A stretch of DNA of 64,000 nt from an uncultured Pseudomonadota bacterium (GTDB lineage Bacteria > Pseudomonadota > Alphaproteobacteria > RF32 > CAG-239), in NCBI GenBank assembly GCA_949290295.1, contig CASERH010000003.1:650-64649 (forward strand). The letters run 5' to 3'. The notes below the pieces were generated by a model. The model did not search any database, had not been told where the DNA came from, and saw only the letters and a list, made by a program, of their open reading frames with translations. Below are positions 57,450-64,000 of this stretch, piece by piece; within the stretch, counting starts at the first letter, position 1; every line of letters starts with the position of its first letter. Position numbers and translations under genes: made by a program.

Positions 57450-57524
57450 TTTTTTTCCCCTCTCTTTAAGAGTTGTTGTCTTACGTTTATATTTTGTATG
57501 CTGTAAACGTGAGAGGAGAATTTT

Positions 57525-58448
57525 ATGAAAAACGTAGTATTGAATAATGATGTAAATATTCCCATTTTGGGACTCGGCACTTGGCTTGCAAAGCCCGGTG
57601 AGGTTTATCAGGCCGTGCGTTGGGCCATTAAAATCGGTTATCGTCATATTGATTGTGCCGCGATTTACGGCAATCAGTCAGAAATCGGACAGGCTATCTT
57701 TGATGCCATTCACGAGGACAATATAAAAAGAGAAGAACTTTTTATTACCTCAAAGCTTTGGAATGATTCCCATGCACCGCAAGATGTGCGCCCGGCTTTT
57801 AAGAAAACTCTGGAAGAGCTGAAGCTTGATTATCTTGATTTGTATCTAATCCATTGGCCGGTGGCTCAAGCTAAAGGTACGCAAATGCCGCAAACCGACC
57901 AAGATTGGGTGCCTTTGTCTCAACAGCCTTTGGAACTTACTTGGGCAGAGATGGAACATCTTTATAATGAAGGACTTATTAGGGCCATCGGCGTTTCTAA
58001 TTTTAACCAGGAACATATTGATAATCTGATTAAAAAGGCTGAAATTGTGCCCGCTGTTAACCAGGTTGAATGTCATCCATTCTTGCAACAAAACGCTCTG
58101 ATTGAATATTGCCGCGCCAATAATATTGCGGTAACGGCTTATTCGCCGCTTGGAGCTCAGCCCAAAGACGGGAAAGAAAGTGTCTTGCAGAATCCTCTTA
58201 TTGTTGAAATTGCAACTAAATTAAATGCGACGCCGGCTCAAGTCGTTTTGGCTTGGCAGATGCAACGAGGTATTATTGTTATTCCTAAGTCTGTTCATGA
58301 GGCTCGCTTGAGAGAAAATTTTGCTTCATCGGTTCTTGTTTTAGATGAGGACGATATGAGGCAAATTGCTTCACTCGACAAAGGGTATCGCTTTATTGAC
58401 GGGAAAAGTTTTCTAAATCCCGCAGCTGGATATTCGCAAATTTGGTAG
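57525..58448 (+). CDS. Aldo/keto reductase (DkgA-like)
   Basis: 307 aa; GYRHIDCAAIYGNQ, LWNDSH, IPKS motifs. Confidence 0.9.
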   Translation: MKNVVLNNDVNIPILGLGTWLAKPGEVYQAVRWAIKIGYRHIDCAAIYGNQSEIGQAIFDAIHEDNIKREELFITSKLWNDSHAPQDVRPAFKKTLEELKLDYLDLYLIHWPVAQAKGTQMPQTDQDWVPLSQQPLELTWAEMEHLYNEGLIRAIGVSNFNQEHIDNLIKKAEIVPAVNQVECHPFLQQNALIEYCRANNIAVTAYSPLGAQPKDGKESVLQNPLIVEIATKLNATPAQVVLAWQMQRGIIVIPKSVHEARLRENFASSVLVLDEDDMRQIASLDKGYRFIDGKSFLNPAAGYSQIW

Positions 58449-58450
58449 TA

Positions 58451-59398
58451 TCAGCGCAATAAAAAGTTGGCTAACTCTGCCGGATTTTCCCATTCAATGG
58501 TAATTTCCAGCACTTTGAATTTGCTTTGCAGGCGAGGCGGTATCTTTACAAAGTCTTTGGCGGTGGTATAAACGGGAGCCTTGTGCTTCTTGCCCAAGTC
58601 CAACAGTTCTTGTAGTTCTGCCTCGCTGTAAAAGTGATGATCAGGAAAGTCTTTGGTGGCAACAATCTTAAAACCGCAGTCCCTTAAGGACTGGTAGAAT
58701 TTCTCCGGGCGGCCGATGCCGGCAAAGGCAACGACATCATAAGTCAGCGGAGAGGGAGAAACTGCTACGGTCTTTCCTCTAAAAACAGGAAGTTTTCCAA
58801 AACTTCCGCTTAAATTATGTTTATCTTCTCCCAAAATAATAACCGCATTAGCTCTTTTTAGTCCCAAGCCCTTAAATTCGCGCAAGGGGCCGGCCGGGAT
58901 GCAAAAGCCGTTTCCAAAGCCAAAATTTCCATCAACGACGATGAAAGAAAAATCTTTGTACAAATACGGATTTTGGAAGCCGTCATCCATAATGATATAG
59001 TCTGCACCTTCTTGTTCGGCTAAGAGAGCCCCTTCATAACGCTGCGGATTAATCACAACTTGTGCCTGACGGGCCAAGAGCAGGGGTTCATCCCCAACAT
59101 CTGCGGCAGTGTGGCGCTTGGGGTCGACCAAAACATCTTTAAGTTTTCCGCCATAGCCGCGGCTGACGAAGTATGGATTTTTGCCATTTTGCTGCAATAG
59201 AGCCGCTAAAGAAACGGCGACCGGGGTTTTGCCTGTGCCGCCGGCGGTTAGGTTGCCAACACAGATGACTTTGGCATCAACCTTTTGAGGGGTGTGTAGC
59301 CACAAGCGCAAAGCTGTCGCAAGGCCATAAATCCAGCCTAGCGGTATAAGTGCTATCGATAAAATATTCTTTGTTTTCCAATATGTTGGCGTTTTCAC
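58451..59398 (-). CDS. lpxK: Tetraacyldisaccharide 4'-kinase
   Basis: 315 aa; P-loop GNLTAGGTGKTP. Confidence 0.92.
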   Translation of the reverse strand: MKTPTYWKTKNILSIALIPLGWIYGLATALRLWLHTPQKVDAKVICVGNLTAGGTGKTPVAVSLAALLQQNGKNPYFVSRGYGGKLKDVLVDPKRHTAADVGDEPLLLARQAQVVINPQRYEGALLAEQEGADYIIMDDGFQNPYLYKDFSFIVVDGNFGFGNGFCIPAGPLREFKGLGLKRANAVIILGEDKHNLSGSFGKLPVFRGKTVAVSPSPLTYDVVAFAGIGRPEKFYQSLRDCGFKIVATKDFPDHHFYSEAELQELLDLGKKHKAPVYTTAKDFVKIPPRLQSKFKVLEITIEWENPAELANFLLR

Positions 59399-60658
59399 TT
59401 AAATATATCCTTTAACTTTATCCATGATGCCATCTAAGACTTTGGCCTCACTGTTAGCCCAATTATAGGCCAAGGAAGCTTTTGCCTCTAGGAGCTCTTT
59501 GTTGCTTAGTAATTGGCTCAGCAGTTCTTCTAGTTCTTGTGTGTCTGTTACTTGCATAATGGCGTCGGCTTTTTTGGCTCTGTTCATTGCATCTGTAAAA
59601 TTATGCATGTGAGGCCCAACAATAACAGCATCTCTTACTCTGGAGGGTTCTATGAAGTTTTGTCCGCCGTGCGGAATGAGTGAGCCGCCGATGAAGACTA
59701 TTTTGGCAATATCATACCAAATTCCCATCTCACCAATGGTATCAGCAATGTAAATATCCGTTGATGGGGATATTTTTTCATTGGCTGAGCGCAAAGATCC
59801 TTTGAGTTCTAATTTTTCTATTTGTTCTTTTATTTCTTTGCCTCTTTGCGGATGGCGCGGGGCAATGAGCGTCAGTAGGTCTGGAAATTTCTCTTTTAGC
59901 CGTTTGTGAATTTTGGCTATGCGGATTTCTTCATCGCTATGGGTGGAGCTAGCAAGCCAAAATTGACGTTTGCCAATTTGTTTTAATATGGCATCTCTTT
60001 TTTCTTCATCTATCGGCAAGGGCAAGCCTGCGTATTTGAGATTACCTAAGCACATACTGCTCTTGGCGCCCAAAACCTGCAGGCGGTAGGCATCTTCCTC
60101 TGACTGGCCGAGGCACAGGCTAAAACAAGCTAACAACTCTTTACTGATAAAATCAAATTGTTGCCACCGCTTGAACGATTTGTTTGAGATTCTTCCATTG
60201 ATGAGAATTAAAGGTATGTTTTTACGTTTGATGCTAGAAAGCATGGCTGGCCAAAATTCAGATTCAAACCACAATGCAACATCGGGATGCCAGTGTTTGA
60301 CAAAGCGGGTGGTGAAAATGGGGTTGTCTATGGGAATAAATTGATGAAAGGCCCTTTCCGGCAAACGTTTGTTCATAACATCGGCAGAGGTGACGGTACC
60401 GGTTGTGACCATAACATGGGCATCCGGATATGTGTCTAATATCTTTTGGATTAGCGGCAGCATGGAGACAGACTCGCCGACAGAGGCTCCGTGCAACCAC
60501 ACAAGTTTTCCTTCCGGACGGGGAAGTTTGGGACGGCCTACACGCTCATTGAAACGTTGTTTATCCTCTTTGCCGTTGTTTAGGCGCTTCTTTATATATC
60601 TCTTAATAACCAAGGGGTAGAGAATCGTGATGAGCGTATTGTAGATCTTTATAAACAT
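59399..60658 (-). CDS. waaA: 3-deoxy-D-manno-octulosonic acid (Kdo) transferase
   Basis: 419 aa; WLHGASVGE motif and GT30-like C-terminal domain; abuts lpxK. Confidence 0.92.
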   Translation of the reverse strand: MFIKIYNTLITILYPLVIKRYIKKRLNNGKEDKQRFNERVGRPKLPRPEGKLVWLHGASVGESVSMLPLIQKILDTYPDAHVMVTTGTVTSADVMNKRLPERAFHQFIPIDNPIFTTRFVKHWHPDVALWFESEFWPAMLSSIKRKNIPLILINGRISNKSFKRWQQFDFISKELLACFSLCLGQSEEDAYRLQVLGAKSSMCLGNLKYAGLPLPIDEEKRDAILKQIGKRQFWLASSTHSDEEIRIAKIHKRLKEKFPDLLTLIAPRHPQRGKEIKEQIEKLELKGSLRSANEKISPSTDIYIADTIGEMGIWYDIAKIVFIGGSLIPHGGQNFIEPSRVRDAVIVGPHMHNFTDAMNRAKKADAIMQVTDTQELEELLSQLLSNKELLEAKASLAYNWANSEAKVLDGIMDKVKGYI

Positions 60659-60661
60659 AGC

Positions 60662-61414
60662 CTATTTCCTGTGGTGTTTTATGTTAACGGCGTTTTTGTC
60701 CGGCAAAACAGGGGAAAGCCCCATTTCTTGGTCGCACTCAATGCTGATTTGGTTGAGGCGGTTTTCCATCTCTTGACGGTATTTTTCCAACTCTTCTTCA
60801 GAGGCATCTGCCGGGACATATAAGGGCTCTGAAATTTTGCAAACTCCTTTTGAAAAGGGAAAAGGAATCATCATTTTGTCCCAAGCTTTTTCTATTATTT
60901 TACTGCTTTTGATGCTGTAAGCTCCGCCAACAATCGGTTTGCCTGTTTTTTGCGCGTAATAAATCGGGGAGCGCCTCATTATCATCCTGGGGCCTCTGGG
61001 GCCGTCCGGAATGATGCAAATAGATGTTTCTTTCTTTAGGGTTCTCATCAAATCCAGGGCACCACCTTTGGCGTTTTCATTGGAGGAGCCGCCAATAATG
61101 CCAATGCCAAAGCGTTTGAGAAGCCCGGCTATCATTCGGCCATCGCGGTGCAGAGATACAAGAGCGTCTAGGGGCAAATTCCTTTGTTTGAAAAAAGGGA
61201 GCATTAATGCTCGGCCGTGCCAAATTACCAAGATGACACCGCCTTTTTCTCTGGCTAATTGGTGAAACTCTTCAACCCGTTCGGTTCTCCAGCGAGTGGT
61301 GAGGCCGACAAATTTGGCATAGAGATAAAAAACAAGAGATATCAGCCACATAACGGCAGATGTTTCTCCGAGTTTCTTTAGTGGTTTTTTGACTAGTTTT
61401 TTATAAAGGCTCAT
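60662..61414 (-). CDS. DUF374 (lysophospholipid acyltransferase-like) protein
   Basis: 250 aa; WHGR...DGPRGPR motifs recalled for DUF374; 3 nt upstream of waaA. Confidence 0.8.
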   Translation of the reverse strand: MSLYKKLVKKPLKKLGETSAVMWLISLVFYLYAKFVGLTTRWRTERVEEFHQLAREKGGVILVIWHGRALMLPFFKQRNLPLDALVSLHRDGRMIAGLLKRFGIGIIGGSSNENAKGGALDLMRTLKKETSICIIPDGPRGPRMIMRRSPIYYAQKTGKPIVGGAYSIKSSKIIEKAWDKMMIPFPFSKGVCKISEPLYVPADASEEELEKYRQEMENRLNQISIECDQEMGLSPVLPDKNAVNIKHHRK

Positions 61415-61424
61415 TGTTTTTCAC

Positions 61425-61676
61425 TTAGCTACCGGAAACAAGTTTGGTGACGCTGATGCCGATTGTTTCGTTATCGGTGACAACAACTTCTCCGTGGCCG
61501 ATTAAGACATCGTTGGCGTAGACGTCTACATAATCATTAATACTGCGGTCAAGCTCAACAACCGCACCGCGCCCGAGCTTTAACAGCTGGTGTACACGCA
61601 GGTCCGCTGTGCCAAGGGTGACGGAAATATCGACCGAAATGTCTTCGTTGGACAAGAAATTTTTATTAATCGGCAT
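61425..61676 (-). CDS. FliN/SpoA-domain protein (stand-alone, 83 aa)
   Basis: VTLGTADLRVHQLLKLGRGAVVELDRSINDYVDVYANDVLIGHGEVVV matches the FliN/SpaO C-terminal domain pattern; 10 nt upstream of the DUF374 gene. Confidence 0.8.
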   Translation of the reverse strand: MPINKNFLSNEDISVDISVTLGTADLRVHQLLKLGRGAVVELDRSINDYVDVYANDVLIGHGEVVVTDNETIGISVTKLVSGS

Positions 61677-61835
61677 TTTTTACTCCATATGGTTATTTGT
61701 GCCTATTATATATATTTTTTTTAATCTGCAAAATCTTTATTATCACTTATCACAATGAAAAAAATCTTTTTTGTGGATTAAGCAGTTTATAATTGCTTAT
61801 GGAAAAGCATTGTGGCAAAAAAATTAGATGTGAAT

Positions 61836-61864
61836 CTTGCAGAAGCAAATAGCTTTTCTTATAT
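61836..61864 (+). promoter_or_regulatory. Possible RpoH (sigma32)-type promoter of lon
   Basis: CTTG - 18 nt - CTTATAT, close to the alphaproteobacterial CTTG-N17-CYTATNT pattern as recalled; about 35 nt upstream of the lon ATG. Confidence 0.25.
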
Positions 61865-61897
61865 AAGTTGTATAACTTTCTTTATTATAGGTGTGAA

Positions 61898-64000
61898 ATG
61901 GCTTTGAAAAAAGAAAAATATCCGGTGTTGCCTTTGCGCGATATCGTTGTTTATCCAAAAATGATTGTTCCGCTTTTTGTCGGAAGAGAAAAATCTATTC
62001 GCGCGCTGCAAGAAGTGGTCGATAACGACCAAAATATTGTTCTTGTTACCCAAAAAGATGCCGCAGTGGAAACGCCAAATGGTGATGATGTCTTCCATGT
62101 GGGAACTTTGGGGACGGTTTTGCAGCTTTTGAGATTGCCGGACGGGACTGTCAAAGTTCTGGTCGAGGGGCTGGAAAGAGTTAAACTCAATAAAATCTAC
62201 GATGAACCTGAGTATTTATCGGCCAATATCACTTTGATGCCGGAAGTGGAAGAAAAAAATCCGGAATTGGAGGGAATCGTTCGTGCGGTTTTGTCCCAGT
62301 TTGAGGAATATGTGAAGTTGTCTAAGAAAACAGCGCCGGAAGTGTTGGTCGCTGTTAACCAAATTGACGACTACAGTAAGCTTGCAGATACAATTGCCTC
62401 TCATTTGGCTCTTAAAATCAGCGATAAACAGGCTTTGTTGGAAGGAGCTACTCTCTCTGAGAGATTTGAAAAAATCTTGGGCTTCATGGATTCAGAAATT
62501 ACTTTGCTTGAGGTGGAAAACAGAATCCGTAACCGTGTCAAAAAGCAAATGGAAAAAAGCCAGAAGGAATATTACCTCAATGAGCAGATGAAGGCTATTC
62601 AGAAAGAACTCGGCGACGGTGAGGAGGACGCTGAGATATCTGAATATATGAAGAAAATTGAAAAAACTAAACTTTCTAAAGAAGCAAAAGAAAAGGCTTT
62701 GGCAGAGGTTAAAAAGCTCAAAAATATGAGCGTGATGTCGGCTGAAGCCACCGTGGTTCGTAATTATCTTGATTGGCTTTTGGATATTCCTTGGAAAAAA
62801 CGTTCTAAAGTTAATAAAGACCTTTCAAAAGCTGTGGAGATTTTGGAGGCTGATCACTATGGTTTGGACAAGGTCAAAGAACGCATTGTTGAATATTTGG
62901 CCGTGCAAGCCAGGGCTGACAAGGTTAAAGGGCCGATTTTGTGCTTAGTCGGGCCTCCGGGAGTTGGTAAGACCTCTTTGGGAAAATCTATTGCTAAGGC
63001 AACCGGGCGTGCTTTTGTGCGGGCCTCTTTGGGCGGCATGCGCGATGAGGCCGAGATAAGGGGGCACAGACGTACCTATATCGGGTCTATGCCGGGCAAG
63101 ATCATAAAGGGCATGAAAAAAGCCGGTACGTCTAATCCGTTGTTCTTGCTCGATGAAATCGACAAGATGGGGAATGACTACCGTGGTGATCCGGCTTCTG
63201 CCTTGTTGGAGGTTCTTGACCCTGAGCAAAACTCCGCTTTTAACGATCATTATCTGGAAGTGGATTATGACTTGTCGGATGTGATGTTTGTGACAACCGC
63301 AAACTCTTTGGATATGCCGCGGCCTTTGATGGATCGTATGGAAATTATCAGACTTTCGGGATATACGGAAGATGAAAAAATCGAGATTGCCAAGCGCCAC
63401 CTGATTCCCAAGATTTTTGTGGAAAATGCGGTTACACCTAGTGAGCTTGAGATTTCTGAAGATGCTGTGCGCTCCATTATCAGGTATTATACCAGAGAGG
63501 CCGGGGTGCGCAATCTGGAAAGAGAGTTGGCCACCATTGCCAGAAAGGCTGTTAAAGAGACGCTTTTGGCCAAGAAAAAACAAAAAATCACCGTCACGGC
63601 CAAGAATATAGATAAGTATCTAGGGGTTATCAAATATCGCTACGGCGAGGCTGAGGAAGAAGACCATGTCGGGGTTACGACCGGTTTGGCTTGGACTGAG
63701 GTCGGCGGAGATATCTTGTTTATTGAGGCGGTTGATATGCCGGGTAAAGGAGTGGTCAAACAAACAGGTAAGCTGGGTGAGGTGATGAAGGAATCCATTG
63801 AAACAGCTTATTCGGTTGTGCGTTCTCATTCTAAAGACTTGGGTATTGACCCGAAAGTTTTTGAAAAAACAGACATCCATGTTCATGTGCCGGAAGGTGC
63901 AACGCCAAAGGATGGCCCATCTGCCGGTATCGCCATGTATACAACTTTGGTTTCGGTTTTGACTAAAATTCCGGTACGCAAGGATGTGGCCATGACCGGT
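61898..64000 (+). CDS. lon: ATP-dependent protease Lon (3'-truncated by the window end)
   Basis: My own translation: MALKKEKYPVLPLRDIVVYPKMIVPLFVGREKSI..., Walker A GPPGVGKTS near 62950, catalytic PKDGPSAG near 63910. The frame is open to 64000, so it is absent from the ORF track. Confidence 0.97.
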   Translation, partial: MALKKEKYPVLPLRDIVVYPKMIVPLFVGREKSIRALQEVVDNDQNIVLVTQKDAAVETPNGDDVFHVGTLGTVLQLLRLPDGTVKVLVEGLERVKLNKIYDEPEYLSANITLMPEVEEKNPELEGIVRAVLSQFEEYVKLSKKTAPEVLVAVNQIDDYSKLADTIASHLALKISDKQALLEGATLSERFEKILGFMDSEITLLEVENRIRNRVKKQMEKSQKEYYLNEQMKAIQKELGDGEEDAEISEYMKKIEKTKLSKEAKEKALAEVKKLKNMSVMSAEATVVRNYLDWLLDIPWKKRSKVNKDLSKAVEILEADHYGLDKVKERIVEYLAVQARADKVKGPILCLVGPPGVGKTSLGKSIAKATGRAFVRASLGGMRDEAEIRGHRRTYIGSMPGKIIKGMKKAGTSNPLFLLDEIDKMGNDYRGDPASALLEVLDPEQNSAFNDHYLEVDYDLSDVMFVTTANSLDMPRPLMDRMEIIRLSGYTEDEKIEIAKRHLIPKIFVENAVTPSELEISEDAVRSIIRYYTREAGVRNLERELATIARKAVKETLLAKKKQKITVTAKNIDKYLGVIKYRYGEAEEEDHVGVTTGLAWTEVGGDILFIEAVDMPGKGVVKQTGKLGEVMKESIETAYSVVRSHSKDLGIDPKVFEKTDIHVHVPEGATPKDGPSAGIAMYTTLVSVLTKIPVRKDVAMTG

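Noticed and set aside
57450-57524. Search for an att-type direct repeat of the tRNA-Ser 3' end at the far side of the three-gene operon
   Set aside because: No convincing match to the tRNA 3' segment was seen by eye, so I do not call a mobile-element boundary.
56013-57647. 287-aa and 243-aa minus-strand ORFs across the IbrA-like and IbrB-like genes. I considered them as possible extra components of the candidate system.
   Set aside because: They are I/F/N/H-rich antisense frames of AT-rich coding DNA with no RBS. The plus-strand genes have PP-loop and ParB motifs and operon-type spacing.
62945-63583. 212-aa minus-strand ORF in the region where the track shows no plus-strand ORF
   Set aside because: The plus strand here encodes Lon (open frame from 61898 to the window end, with Walker A and the catalytic Ser motif). 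The minus ORF is an antisense artefact.
1-64000. CRISPR arrays, IS elements or transposases, integrases, rRNA operons and prophage structural genes
   Set aside because: A read-through found no regularly spaced direct repeats, no DDE or tyrosine/serine recombinase-like ORFs, and no rRNA-like sequence. The only repeats are the tRNA-associated duplication, short coding tandem repeats and low-complexity coding tracts.

Overview
This is a 64-kb chromosomal window from a moderately AT-rich Gram-negative bacterium. Gene content and local order look alphaproteobacterial, possibly host-associated: rpiB-glyA, nrdR-nusB, YqeY-dnaG-rpoD, gatCAB, DUF374-waaA-lpxK, a DUF3035/BamF-like lipoprotein, an MbfA-like erythrin-VIT1 protein, SppA and Lon. 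That taxonomic call is inference only. All family calls come from motifs read in the supplied translations and recalled family consensus; no search was run. I can support about 60 protein-coding genes, 3 tRNAs (CAU, probably Ile2; Leu-GAG; Ser-GCU), one tRNA 5'-half remnant, and a set of intrinsic terminators and promoter candidates. I found no rRNA, CRISPR array, transposase, integrase or recognisable restriction-modification gene. Lon (61898 to beyond 64000) runs off the window without a stop codon, so it is missing from the supplied ORF track. Most of the window is housekeeping. The accessory patches are: (1) a GC-rich foreign-looking gene with its own promoter and terminator that splits the normally adjacent def and fmt; (2) two orphan genes after fmt; (3) a mixed block between the tRNA-CAU (which has a duplicated 5' region) and recA; (4) a Panacea/DUF4065-like gene translationally overlapped with a DUF192 lipoprotein; (5) an AT-rich ADP-ribosylglycohydrolase after mutL; (6) next to tRNA-Ser, a tight three-gene operon at 54382-57449. 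This operon is the top candidate for an undescribed system. It encodes an SNF2-like protein with eroded catalytic motifs, a PP-loop PAPS-reductase/DUF3440 (IbrA-like) enzyme and a ParB/Srx (IbrB-like) protein. It is preceded by a small promoter-to-terminator unit.
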